A DNA stretch of 63,177 nt, counting the filler, from Octopus bimaculoides (Eukaryota), in assembly GCF_001194135.2 (NCBI RefSeq). It is 6 parts of 4 records of this genome, joined end to end, with 100 filler letters (N's around TTAATTAATTAA, not from the genome) between each part and the next. Parts side by side here need not be neighbours in the genome. Positions count along the whole stretch, not along the records: positions 1 to 18,018 come from NC_068988.1; positions 18,119 to 28,816 come from NC_068986.1; 4 more parts are not named here. One strand, written 5' to 3'. The notes below the pieces were generated by a model. That model did no database searches. It was given only the letters and a program-made list of their open reading frames with translations, and had not been told where the DNA came from. The position numbers and the translations under genes were made by a program. Below are positions 13,352 through 25,581 of this stretch, one piece after another (the stretch's first letter is position 1; the number at the start of each line of letters is the position of its first letter).

Positions 13352-13932
13352 AGAATAAGTACTATGCTTTAAAAAAATATTAAATACTGGGGTCGATTCA
13401 TTCGACTAAAAATTCTTCAAGGTGCCTCAGCATGACCGCAGTCAAATGACTGAAAGAAGTCAGGAGATTGCTTCGCAATCACATGCTTCTGGGTCCAGTC
13501 TCATTGCGTGGCACCTTAGGCAAGTGTTTTCCACTAAAGTCTCGGGTCGACCAAAGCCTTGTGAGTAGATTTTGTAGACGGAAACTGAAAAGAGCCCGTT
13601 GTACATCGCCTTTTTGGAACTCTCCAAAGTAAAGGATGAAATATAATTGAACATTTTCACACACACACATAGATGTGTATGTATGTATGTATGTATATAT
13701 ATATGTATGTATGTATGCATGCATGTATGTATTTGTGTGCCTGTGTTTCTCCATTCGCCATCGCTTGACAACCGATGTTGGCGTGTTTACGTCCCCGTAA
13801 CTTAGCGGTTCGGCAAAAGAAACCGATAGAATAAGAACTAGGCTTACAAAGAATAAGTTCTGGGGTTGATTTGCTCGACTAAAGGTGGTGCTCCAGCATG
13901 GCCGCGGTGAAATGACTGAAACAAGTAAAAGA
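13352..13932 (+). mobile_element. SINE family B: 3' fragment followed by near-full copy
   Basis: 3' domain at 13352-13455, then head-body-microsatellite-tail to 13932. Confidence 0.8.
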
Positions 13933-14452
13933 AATAAATTCTAGTAGCAACAATACCAATACTCATTGTAAGAGTGTAAAAGAAAATCCATCTTTTGGAA
14001 ACGCTCTATGCAAGAGTTCGTAACTGGATATTGATTATCTAGTAGAAAGAACAAATATTTGGCAGCACTACATAGACAATACAAGAGCTTCTCTTCCTGG
14101 GGTCATCGCACAAACATGAGATTAGAAGGAAAGATTTCTACCTATATATCAATTTCCAAAGTTACAGGATCTTTCCTTGTGTCTGCAAAAGAAAAACTGG
14201 AAACTTTCTCGGTCGATAATGGAGTTAGATCTCTATTTGGCAAGTTGTATGAAACTGTGTCTCTGTTCGCTGGATGTGGATGTCTTCACACCACGACTAA
14301 GGATGTAATTGGCAAGGAGAAAATTTGGAAAACTAATGAACAGAGTAGAATTACCACAGTGGTGGTGTTCTCTGATCCTTCTAAGGTTGGCAGCATCTTA
14401 CCTGCTTTTTCCTTATATATATCTTACCTGTTTTATCCTTATATATATACAT

Positions 14453-14516
14453 AAACACACCAGCCTCGGTTGTCAAGCGATGTTGGGGGGGGGGACACAT
14501 AAACATATACACACAC

Positions 14517-14577
<61 letters not shown>

Positions 14578-14733
14578 CGACAGGCTTCTTTCAGTTTCCG
14601 TCTACCAAATCCACTCACAAGGCTTTGGTCGGCCCGAGGCTATAGTAGAAGACATTTGCCCAAGGTGCCACGCAGTGGGACTGAATCCGGAACCATGTGG
14701 TTCGAAAGCGAGCTACTTACCACACAGCCACTC
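14453..14733 (-). mobile_element. SINE family B, 3'-truncated
   Basis: Reverse complement of the B head and body with (TA)n insert. Confidence 0.8.
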
Positions 14734-15079
14734 ATTAGAGATAATTTTATATCATTGAAATCAACTTTTACCTCTGTGAGCTCGGCTGAGAAAATGTAAG
14801 CATCGAATTATGGTTGCACTCACAGTAACCTTTATCTTGCGCTAACCTTTCAAAAATGTTAATGGTGATGTATAACTGTAGTAATAGCATTTAGAATAAT
14901 ATATTTATTTTTTCATAAAATATCTATTATCATTTGGTGGTAAATAACACAATTTGGGTTACACACAACCTTTATTTTTCAATAAAATTATTTTACAGTA
15001 CTTGCAATTATATAATAAAACAATATAATTTTTTGGATTTCATATCAAGATAAATCATATTAATAAAACATCAAACCTG

Positions 15080-16262
15080 CCACATGTATTTATCTAAAAC
15101 CCATCAAATTCCTCACAATCATCACCATCTGTTTCTAAAAGTTTCTTATACAAATCACAAGATTCATCTCATATGCCATCATCGTAAGTATTCTAGTCTG
15201 GTCCTGGTGAATCGATTTCGACTTCGTCGCCGCTAATGTACAGAATATCATCTTCGGTACCATCCATGGCATTAGAGATACTGCATTTTTTAAATGATTT
15301 TATCACATTTTATTCTTTAACTTTGTCCCATGCCTTTATAACAATATCACAGAGAACATCAACTGAGGCAGCACGCATAGCTCCACCATTTGTAAAAGAT
15401 TTTTCTCCATTCATCACCCAGTCATTCCATTGCTCTCTTACATTATCTTTAAATGATTTGTTTAAACAGACATTAAGTGGCTGCAGTACAGAAGTCAAAC
15501 AATCAGGAATAACAGCAATATCAGTATTGGTCTTGGATAACCATTTTTAATATTTGCCGTTAGGTGGCTACGAAATATATCTCAAACCAATAAACTGCGT
15601 TTGTTTCGTATGCCACCTGGCCACCTGTTCCAAAAATTCTCAGTCCGTAATTTCACACCACTTTCGCCCATCCACCCTTTCTCGTGAAAATGAACAAAAA
15701 CGCCAGGTGGAAAATCTATTTTGGGCTTTGTTTTACGTTTAAAAATAACCATGGGTTTTGATTTTGTACCGTCAGCCATGCAGGATAATACCACCATAAA
15801 CCTCGTTTTCTCACATCCTGTGCTTTTAACGTGCACTGTTTTTACTCCTTTCAGATGTCAAAGTTTAATGGAGTTTCATCCATATTTCCAATATGGAAAC
15901 TGATGCCTTTTTCTCAGCTAGATGATGAACTCTTGAAAACTGGTTACTTTGTGATCGAGATCTCTCGGGAGTTTTTGGGTGATTTTTGTTTTCTCCCTTA
16001 TTACGAGATTTTTTTTCTGTTAATAAAACGATTGCACCAGCCTACTGTTGCTTTAAAATCTTTACTTTCTTCTTTAGGGTATTAGATCTTATTTATTTTG
16101 TGTTACAATGCAGCTATTTCGTCTCTGCTGGAGTATCCATTCTGCTACATCATTTTCCAATTTCGGCCAACGACTGCTTCCTCTTCCCATTGCACATTAT
16201 TGTTTGTGCATTTGTCTTAATTTTTCCTCATTCTTTCTCCACTCTTGTACCGTCTTCTCGGT
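15080..16262 (-). pseudogene. pogo/Tigger-family (DDE_1) transposase remnant
   Basis: Frameshifted pieces WPKLENDVAEWI, FKATVGWCNRF, IGNMDETPLNFD, VKSTGCEKTRFMVVLSCMADGTK, HEKGWM, LTSVLQPLNVCLNKSFK; many stops. Confidence 0.9.
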
Positions 16263-16549
16263 AACATCGAAGTAAAAAAAAAAACAAAAAAAAAACATTT
16301 GCTATAACTTCATCTTTACATGACCAATATTTCTAAAGATACCTGTTGTTGCAAAAGCTAGCCTGTACATAAATAGTTTTGTAATTTAGCAGTAGTTTTA
16401 TACTATAGATATCAGATAAATTCATGAAAAGTTTTACAAACTTTGACCCCGTCTGATCTAAAGGTCGTCTTATACTCGGAAATATATGGTACACACACAC
16501 ACAAACACACACACACACACACACNNNNNNNNNNAATTCAAAATCAGTT

Positions 16550-16597
<48 letters not shown>

Positions 16598-16617
16598 CAC
16601 ACACACACACATACACA

Positions 16618-16805
16618 CGCGGGGATTCTGAAAAGTTTCTGGCTTTGGGTAAAAGAAAGTACAGGAGAATCAGTCAATTATGATTTTATACAACATATTC
16701 TCCTCTCAGATTCACACATTTATTGCAGCGGTCCTTCAGTTTTTCTAAGCTCTTTAAAAAGAACACCTTTCGTGATACCCTTAAAACCAGGAACTTTTCA
16801 GCTCA

Positions 16806-16811
<6 letters not shown>
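16618..16811. mobile_element. mariner-type MITE (about 194 bp)
   Basis: TIRs CGCGGGGATTCTGAAAAGTTTCTGGCTTT versus reverse complement CGAGGGTGAGCTGAAAAGTTCCTGGTTTT. Confidence 0.7.
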
Positions 16812-16836
<25 letters not shown>

Positions 16837-16843
16837 TTATATA

Positions 16844-17475
16844 CGAGGTTTGATCAGTAGCCGGACTATAGCTAGAGTAGCGAAGCTAAAACACGCAGAG
16901 TGAAGCTGTTTGGCGCAGAGTGAAGCTGTTTGGCGCAGAGTGATCTTGGACTTCGCTGTGCATGTGCACTAAGCTTTAACGCTCTAGCTCATTTTCGTTG
17001 TTTAATGCAGTGCTTCGAAGTAATGTGTGTCACGTGCAATCGTCGCATTGACCATGACGAAGAAAGTTGTCGTAGCGATACCTGCTCAGAGGCCTACGCA
17101 AGGTTAGAGAAAGTGTACGGAGAGGAGTGTATTAGTGGTACACGAGTGTACCAGTGGTTCAGACGTTTCTAAGATGGCCGAAAAAATGTTGATATTGTCG
17201 AACATTTTGGGAGACCTGAAACTAGCAGAACTGAGAAAAACATTGCAGATGTGGGTGCAGCTGTGAAGGGAAATCGTCGAATCACCATCCGTGAGTTGTC
17301 AGAGGATGTGCAGATTAGATACGGTTCAGTTCAGCTCATTATCACTGAAGATTTGGGTATGAGATACGTGTCTGCCAGATTTGTGCCAAAACTGCTTTCA
17401 GCTAACCGAAAAAACACTCAGGTTTCAATTGCACAAGATCTCCTTTACGTGTGTCGAGAACAATGAAAACGTCTT
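16844..17475 (+). mobile_element. mariner 5' half (TIR, UTR, transposase HTH region)
   Basis: TA|CGAGG start; ECISGTRVYQWFRRF*DGRKNV, GNRRITIRELSEDVQIRYGSVQLIITEDLGMRYVSARFVPKLLS (WVPR-like motif). Confidence 0.88.
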
Positions 17476-17480
17476 GAAAA

Positions 17481-17673
17481 CTTTGCGTAGGACTCTGAGC
17501 AGGTATCGCCAAGCTTTAGGCAAGATTTGATGCAGATTCTCTGCTTAAGTTTCTCTGTCACGGTCAATGCAATGAACACACGCTGCACACATTACTTCCA
17601 AGAGAGCTAGAACGTTAAAACTTAGTGCGCATGCACAGCAGAGTTCAAGGTCAATCCGTGCCAAGCGGCTTCA
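17481..17673 (-). mobile_element. Inverted second 5' end of the same mariner family
   Basis: Reverse complement matches 16921-17103 (about 58 of 70 in the segment compared); encodes TEKLKQRICIKSCLKLGDTCSESYAK. Confidence 0.8.
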
Positions 17674-17972
17674 TCAGTTGTCGGTTGTCTATCTACTCCT
17701 CGTTTCGAGCATGGAACGACAATATGATTCTTCGAAGACAGTTGGTCCCATAAGTACCAAAGTAAAATTTTGGATTTATGGAGAGTAAAACTTGGGAACA
17801 AAAACAGGACAGTGGAGACATACAAGGAAACCGAACGAAAACAAACATGGAGGGTCGTTAGACCAGAACATGGGTAAAATAGAAAACGCTGGAGAAATAT
17901 TTTCTTTGACAAGAAAAAAGTTAAAAGAGAGAGATAGGATACGTTCAGTCACATACACACACACACAAACAC

Positions 17973-18018
<46 letters not shown>

Positions 18019-18062
18019 NNNNNNNNNNNNNNNNNNNNNNNNNNNNNNNNNNNNNNNNNNNN

Positions 18063-18074
18063 TTAATTAATTAA
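18063..18074. other. Assembly gap pad TTAATTAATTAA (also 28861, 33513, 53313, 59850)
   Basis: Identical 12-mer between about 44 N on each side, stop codons in all six frames. Confidence 0.9.
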
Positions 18075-18118
18075 NNNNNNNNNNNNNNNNNNNNNNNNNN
18101 NNNNNNNNNNNNNNNNNN

Positions 18119-18358
18119 CTTGTTTGTCCCCTCTATGTTTAGCCCCCTTGTGGGCAATAAAGAAATAAGAAACGTTAGCACACCGGGCGAAATGCTTAGC
18201 AGTGTTTCGTCTGCCGTTACGTTCTGAGTTCAAATTCCCCCGCGGTCGACTTTGCCTTTCATATTTTCGGGGTCGATAAATTAAGTACCAGTTACGCACT
18301 GGGGTCGATATAATCGACTTAATCCTTTTGTCTGTCCTTGTTTGTCCCCTCTGTGTTT
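18119..18358 (+). mobile_element. SINE family C tail-to-head tandem junction
   Basis: Tail ...GGCAATAAAGAAATAAGA runs directly into AACGTTAGCAC (head lacking about 20 nt). Confidence 0.75.
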
Positions 18359-18420
18359 AATGTGAAAATGTGTACGTGTGCAGATGTCTATGCGAATGCA
18401 CCAGAACGTGCGTGCGTTTG

Positions 18421-18466
<46 letters not shown>

Positions 18467-18714
18467 CTTGTGTGTGTCTATCAGAACGAAAGTATGCAAA
18501 TATAATGTACTGGTGTGGGTATATGTATGTACTTTATGCGTTTGTGACTATTATCACTGGAAGCAAAAGCTATCAATTGTAACATATTTTTGGCTCATTT
18601 AAAATCTATTACATTTTTTAATGTTAAACGAGAATTGGAAAGGAAATGGCAGTAATGTGGAAAGGGGAGATAAGAGATACCAAATAACTAACACGAGCGC
18701 ACACATGCGCATAT

Positions 18715-18880
18715 ACTCTTTTACTTGTTTCAGTCATTTGACTGTGGCCATGCTGGAGCACCGCCTTTAGTCGAGCAAATCGACCCCAGGACTTATTCTT
18801 TGTAAGCCTAGTACTTATTCTATCGGTCTATTTTGCCGAACCGCTGAGTTACGGGGACGTAAACACACCAGCATCGGTTG
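18715..18880 (-). mobile_element. SINE family B 3' part, cut by gap
   Basis: Reverse complement of the B tail. Confidence 0.8.
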
Positions 18881-19786
18881 NNNNNNNNNNNNNNNNNNNN
18901 NNNNNNNNNNNNNNNNNNNNNNNNNNNNNNNNNNNNNNNNNNNNNNNNNNNNNNNNNNNNNNNNNNNNNNNNNNNNNNNNNNNNNNNNNNNNNNNNNNNN
19001 NNNNNNNNNNNNNNNNNNNNNNNNNNNNNNNNNNNNNNNNNNNNNNNNNNNNNNNNNNNNNNNNNNNNNNNNNNNNNNNNNNNNNNNNNNNNNNNNNNNN
19101 NNNNNNNNNNNNNNNNNNNNNNNNNNNNNNNNNNNNNNNNNNNNNNNNNNNNNNNNNNNNNNNNNNNNNNNNNNNNNNNNNNNNNNNNNNNNNNNNNNNN
19201 NNNNNNNNNNNNNNNNNNNNNNNNNNNNNNNNNNNNNNNNNNNNNNNNNNNNNNNNNNNNNNNNNNNNNNNNNNNNNNNNNNNNNNNNNNNNNNNNNNNN
19301 NNNNNNNNNNNNNNNNNNNNNNNNNNNNNNNNNNNNNNNNNNNNNNNNNNNNNNNNNNNNNNNNNNNNNNNNNNNNNNNNNNNNNNNNNNNNNNNNNNNN
19401 NNNNNNNNNNNNNNNNNNNNNNNNNNNNNNNNNNNNNNNNNNNNNNNNNNNNNNNNNNNNNNNNNNNNNNNNNNNNNNNNGAATTATGATATGGCTGCTC
19501 TTACTCTATTTGGCAATATTTAAAAAAAATCCCTTTGAAAGACTGTTTTGGGAACGGTTACATAATCCCCAGAGTATTCATGAATAACCAGTAAACCTGT
19601 TCAACTCCAGAAGGGCGGCTCAGTTCTAAATTACACTTCTGTATCTCTCATGAGAGACCTCTTCTACGTTGATGACTTCTCTATCGACGTCAGTATCAGT
19701 TTTTTCTGTACTCACAAGCAGAGTCGGCTGCAACAGAAACGCCACTGGTTTCTGTTGCTTGCAGTTTTCTCTGCATCGGTCCATTT

Positions 19787-20610
19787 GAATGCTTCTCAAT
19801 CATTTTTTAAAATCTATGGACCCCTTTGGTTACTATTTTATTCTGGTGGATCCCCCACAGCCATTCGATGTTTAAAAACTAGTTTTATAGAAAATTCTTT
19901 CAAAGTTTCTATTTTGTTTTTCCGCACATTAACTTGTGTAGGCGTAGGAGTGGCTGTGTGGTAAGTCGCTTGCTTACCAACCACATGGTTCCGGGTTCAG
20001 TACCACTGCGTGGCACCTTGGGCAAGTGTCTTCTACTNNNNNNNNNNAGTACCACTGCGTGGCACCTTGGGCAAGTGTCTTCTACTATAGCCTCGGGCCG
20101 ACCAAAGCCTTGTGAGTGGATTTGGTAGACGGAAAACTGAAGGAAGTCCGTCGTATATATGTATGTATATATATATATGTATATATATATGTATGTGTAT
20201 GTATATGTCTGCGTATCTGTGTTTGCTTCCACCCCGACATCGCTTGACAATCGATGCTGGTGTGTTTACGTCCCCATCACTTAGCGGTTCGGCAAAAGAA
20301 ATCGATAGAATAAGTACTAGGCATCCAAAGAATAAGTCCTGGGGTCGATTTGCTCGACTAAAGGCGGTGCTCCAGCATGGCCACAGTCAGATGACTGAAA
20401 CAAGTAAAAGAGCAAAAGAGTGTAAAATGTTAGAGAAAGAAACCCAACTGTTTCTTGCAATACATACCAATACATAGATCTAAAGCATAATTTTTTCAGG
20501 GGCCCCTAAATTACTATTGTGGATCCCCAATTTACTATTTTGTTGCGTGGACCCCCAAAAATCTTATATGGACTCTCAGGGGCTATATGCACCCCGGATG
20601 AGAACCACTG
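19787..20610. mobile_element. hAT MITE interrupted by a SINE B insertion (19941-20420)
   Basis: Decayed left TIR GAATGCTTCTCAATC, right TIR GGATGAGAACCACTG, internal TATGGACCCC as in 9227-9483; B copy on +. Confidence 0.6.
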
Positions 20611-20644
20611 GTCTTTGTGATATTGGCCTCTCCCAAATCGGATA

Positions 20645-20900
20645 TAAATATTCTGCACTCTGTACTTTTCCGTCTTCCTCTCTTTTTCCCTCTGGCGACG
20701 TCCATTTGAAAGCCGTTTTAGTCTGGTGTCGTTCTGGTAACCTGCTAGTTTTAATCTTCGTTCTTTGATAATTTCTCTAAGTGGTCTTGTGTTAGCATAC
20801 TTTAGACTACCTTTACTGGTTATTTGGTCTTGTCAGTGGGTTCTCTAAATCCTTCTGAAGAATCTTCAGTGGAACATATCTGGCTTTTTGTCGAATTCTA
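20645..20900 (-). pseudogene. RTE LINE 3' fragment
   Basis: TRPLREIIKERRLKLAG / LPERHQTKTAFKWTSPEGKRE resembles the RTE C-terminal RRLRWAGH...W.P.GKR region. Confidence 0.5.
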
Positions 20901-21049
20901 CGTTGTAAATACATGCCCCACGAGCAAAGAGAACTGTTGGTAGAACTATGCTATTCCAGAACTAGATCTTTGCGTGTAGGCCGGTGCTGGAGGACTAGAT
21001 AGTGCAACATTCTCTGAAATACGTCCAAGGTTTTGCCAATTCCATGTGT

Positions 21050-21925
21050 AACTGTCATGTAGTCGCATGCAAAGAAAAGATGCTCAAACCTTAACGAATA
21101 AAACTTCCTTGACATGTAGCATGACAGCTCAAAATATACCCTGACTTATACTAATATTCATTATCAACCTTGTGTTGGAAAACCTTGTGTGGATACCATA
21201 CAAGAATATAGGGTACAACTTTGAAAGCCGTACCGCTCTTCAAATGTTTTGAGAGCATGTTAAACAAAGATGTAAATCTTGATGGCAAAATTGCAGATAT
21301 AATTTAGAATTCCTGGTCATATTTTTAGAATATTACAATTTTCTCTATGCTCTTAACGATACATGCAAAATTCTACTAAAATATCTAGTTTTAAAACATT
21401 CATTTTGTTTGTTTTGTTGTATGGCTTTGAAACATGGACATTACATTCAAAACATGTTCGGTAAGAAGGTTTTCGATAAATTTTGCGTGGGGAGACTATG
21501 TGAGTGATGTTGAAGTCTTGGAGGCAGTGAATATCATAAGTACAGAAGCACACTTGTAACTAGCGAACTGAAGTAGGCAGATCACATAGTTCGTATGGAA
21601 GCTGAAGAATCCCAAAGCATCTACTCCATGAAAAGTAACGTTATGGGCAAATACCTCCTTACAAACCGAATTTAAAATACAAGACTGTCTGAAGAATGGC
21701 AATATTCATGTGGAAAGCTGGAAAACTACAGCATCATGGGGAACAGATATATGGAACGTTCATTCGTTTTGAAAAGAATCGCATTAAATAGGCAAAATTA
21801 AAAACGAAATATAAAGAATGAAAACCCCATAGATATCATGAATCCCTTCACATGTTCAATTTGCAACAGAATTTATCCATCTAAGACTGGTCTCGTTAGT
21901 CACTCAAGGATACATAAACCAATGT
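21050..21925 (+). pseudogene. RTE (BovB-like) LINE 3' remnant
   Basis: LLYGFETWTLHSKHV (about 21413), DYVSDVEVLEAVNI, and terminal C2H2 FTCSICNRIYPSKTGLVSHSRIH (about 21850-21915). Confidence 0.75.
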
Positions 21926-22300
21926 TAGTTAATAAATCTTCGCCATATGTCTAATAATCACGCAATATTTTTTGTATTTCTGTTGTTTTTTGCAAAGACA
22001 TATCTCTGAACACAAAACCAAACTTAATGATTCTGCGCGGCATTTAACTAAGAAAGACATTTATGCTATGGCTATGGTAAAAACTGCAGATCATCATATG
22101 GACCCAAAAGTCATAGTCATTTTGCAGCTCTTTACAAGCAATGGCTATACTTTTTTATTGAAACGACTTCAATCGCACACAGACGCATATGTATGTACGT
22201 ATGTATGCATGTATACACGCGCGCGCACGCACACACACACACACTATTTTATAAGCTTTTCCGTCGATGGCGTATATGCCCCAATATTAGACTATTTTCT

Positions 22301-22520
22301 AGCAGAAACGTTAGCACGCCTGGCAAAATGCTTAACGGTATTTCGTCCGCCGTTCCGTTCTGAGTTCAAATTCCACCAAGGTCGACTTTGCTTTTCATCT
22401 TTTCGGAGTTGATTAAATAAGTACCAGTTAATCACTGGGGTCGATGTAATCGACTTAATCCCCTTGTTCGTCCTTGTTTGTCTCTTCTATGTTTAGCTCC
22501 CTGTGGGCAATAAAGAAATA
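22301..22520 (+). mobile_element. SINE family C
   Basis: Matches 43695-43929. Confidence 0.85.
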
Positions 22521-22877
22521 GATATTAGTCTATTTTCTTTAGTCAATGCATGGTGATTGCATATAAGATTTAAGCTTATGAAATATAAATATTTGCAAAG
22601 TTCTAAAAACTGACGCTGCTTGCCAAACACCATCGCAGAAAAACACACGAAGTTTGTTTACAAAAACAACGTTATGAACTAATTATAGTTCTTAAATCTA
22701 ACGGAAAGAAACGAGGTCGTTCGTTAGTGTAATGGTAACGCGCGTATCGAGAAAACAAAGAGCTGTGGGGTCGAGTCTTAAGCTTATGAAAGCCGTTGTT
22801 TTTCCGTCGAGAGCTTATATGCATGATACAGAATTGTAAAAATCGACACCTCTAACCGAAAACCATCGCATATTTAT

Positions 22878-23181
22878 ATATCCTTTTATTTGGTTCAGTC
22901 ATTTGACTGTGGCCATGCTGGAGCACCGCCTTTAGTCGAACAAGTCGACCCCAGGACTTATTCTTTGTAAGCCTAGTACTTATTCTATTGGTCTCTTTCG
23001 TCGAACCGCTAAGTTTCGGAGACATAAACACACCAACATCGGTTGTCAAGCGATGGTGGGGGGACAAAAAAGACACGCACATAAATATATATACATATGT
23101 ATATACATGACGGGTTGCTTTCAGTTTCCGTCAACCAGATCTACTCACAAGCCTTTGGTTTCTCCGAGGCTTTAGTAGAAG
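22878..23181 (-). mobile_element. SINE family B
   Basis: Reverse complement of the B body and tail. Confidence 0.85.
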
Positions 23182-23210
23182 NNNNNNNNNNAAAATAATA
23201 TATATCATAT

Positions 23211-23428
23211 AAGGCGGCGAGCTGGCAGAATCGTTAGCACGTCTGGTGAAATGCTTAGCGGTATTTCGTCTGTCTTTACGTTCTGAGTTCAAATTCCGCC
23301 GAGGTCGACTTTGCTTTTCATCCTTTCGGAGTCGATAAATTAAGTACCAGTTGCATACTGAGGTCGATCTAATCGACTGGCCTCCTTCACTAAAAATTTC
23401 GGGCCTTGTGCCTAGAGTAGAACAGAAT
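23211..23428 (+). mobile_element. SINE family C (alternative 3' end)
   Basis: AAGGCGGCGAGCTGGCAGAATCGTTAGC...; tail AAAATTTCGGGCCTTGTGCC as in the 8115 copies. Confidence 0.85.
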
Positions 23429-23451
23429 ATATAGTATCATAATATCTATAT

Positions 23452-23856
23452 GGGCGCAGGAGTGGCTGTGTAAAAGTAGCTTGCTTACCAACCACATGGA
23501 TCCGGGTTCAGTCCTACTGCGTGGCACCTTGAGCTAGTGTCTTCTACTATAGCCTCGGGCCGACCAATGCCTTGTGAGTGGATTTGATAGACGGAAACTG
23601 AAGGGGGTCCGTCGTATATATGTATATATATGTGTGTATGTGTGTGTATATGTATTTGTGTTTGTCCCCCACCATTGCTTGACAACCGATGGTGGTGTGT
23701 TTACGTATCCATAGACTAGCGGTTCGGCAAAATAGACCGATAGAATAAGTACTAGGCTTACAAAGAATAAGTCCTGGGGTCGATTTGCTCGACTAAAGGC
23801 GGTGCTCCAGCATGGCCACAGTCAAATGACTGAAAAGAGTAAAAGAGTAAAGAGTG
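23452..23856 (+). mobile_element. SINE family B, full length
   Basis: As 4747-5152. Confidence 0.88.
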
Positions 23857-24019
23857 AGAGAGTATATATATATGTGCGTGTGTATATACATATATTATAT
23901 ACTTTTATATATTATATACTTTTATATCATAGTCAGTATATATTTGCATATCAGATTATACACACGCACGTGCTTACTCATTAGATATACAATTGTGCAT
24001 ACAATTGTGTGTGTGTGCA

Positions 24020-24051
<32 letters not shown>

Positions 24052-24126
24052 CTAATGTATATAGGTGTAATCATAAGCGAATATATTCCAGTGTCTGTAT
24101 TCATGTATGCACGAATATATATGCAT

Positions 24127-24226
<100 letters not shown>

Positions 24227-25027
24227 GAGTTGTAGGGAAGTGAGAATCCCTGCGTATGTATACTTGTGCATGTGTTGATGTGTTAGTGTACGTATGCAGG
24301 TGTATATATGCACGCATGTATATGTATGTGTCTGTGTGTTCTGCGATTGTGTAACGTGTCTAGATGTATTTACCGTTTGAGACAAACATTACACAGCTAA
24401 CAGCAAACAACACAATTAATTAATTACTGAAGTATCTAATTCTCTTCTCGTTGTTAGTATGAGATTTTTCCCAGTGGAAAGAAACATGTTAAGCATCCTT
24501 AGAAAACCTCTTCAGTTCCTTTCCCACGCTTTTCAAGTCTGAATTCCATTCGTATCTGCTTGTTAAAGCTTTCTTATGCAGTCTGTAATCACATTCACAT
24601 GAAATGGAATTGATATCTTAACGCAAAAAGAAAAAAAACAAACAGTCTTATATCAGTATTACTATGCTAGGTCAGTTGACTAAAATATCGGGCAGGTTTA
24701 AAATGCCTTGTATTGTATTCTTACCCAATTTTCACTCATACCAGGCGAGAATTTACACATCTCGTTTCAATAAATACATATTTGATACGGGAGATGGATG
24801 TATTATTTTCCCTTCAGCCATCTCTTTTTTTTTTTTTTTTCCATATTTGTAGTTTTTAAATATTTTGTTTTCGTTACGTTACTTGACGTTTCGATTAGCC
24901 TTTTCTAAGTTTCTATAGAAATGCAACACCTGAAGACTATGGAAGACTAAACGTATCAAAACTGAGTATAAACAGAGTCTATATAAAATGAACATAGTTT
25001 GACTAGTTATTATCATTTACTTATTCC

Positions 25028-25117
25028 TAAGCGGAGAGCAGGCAAAATCGTTAGCACGCTGGACGAAATGCTTAGCGTAATTTTGCCCGTCTTCATTTTC
25101 TGAGTTCAAATTCCGCG
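25028..25117 (+). mobile_element. SINE family C head fragment
   Basis: GCAAAATCGTTAGCACGCTGGACGAAATGCTTAGCG...GAGTTCAAATTCC. Confidence 0.65.
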
Positions 25118-25226
25118 TAATGTTAGTCGTCAGTCATTTTGAACTCAAGAGTACCAACGAAGTTGAATCAAACTGTTTTGATCCTTACATGTAAATCCCA
25201 ATAAATTTGTTGAGTGCTCCGTTGAG

Positions 25227-25581
25227 TGCTCCGTCGGTTACGACGATGAGTGTTCCAGTTGATCCAATCAACGGAACAGCTTGCTCGTGAAATTAATGTG
25301 CAAGTGGCTGAGCACTCCACAGACACGTGTACCCTTCACGTTGTTCTCGGGGAGATTCAGCGTGACACAGAGTGTGACAAGGCTGGCCCTTTGAAATACA
25401 GGCACAACAGAAACAGGAAGAAAGAGTGAGAGAAAGTTATGGTGAAATAGTAGAGCAGGGTTCACCACCACCCCGCTGCCGGAGCCTCGCGGAGCTTTAG
25501 GTATTTTCGCTCAATAAACACTCACAAAACCCGGTTTGGGAATCGAAACTGCGATCCTAAGACCGCAAGTCCGCTGCGTAA
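25227..25581 (-). mobile_element. tRNA-derived SINE family A
   Basis: Minus head TGGCCCAGTGGTTACGCAGCGGACTTGCGG...TTTCGATTCCC; 3' domain GTGGCTGAGCACTCCACAGACACG shared with the 1491 and 55022 copies. Confidence 0.82.

Noticed and set aside
14059-14454. 131-aa ORF
   Set aside because: No recognisable motif, TTG start, runs into a SINE.
18063-18074. Recurring TTAATTAATTAA between N runs as a possible biological motif
   Set aside because: Fixed six-frame-stop scaffold padding.
20000-20090. 39-bp direct duplication inside SINE B
   Set aside because: The copies flank a 10-N gap; unmerged contig overlap.
22715-22795. tRNA-like A/B-box sequence
   Set aside because: No cloverleaf; at best a decayed SINE head.
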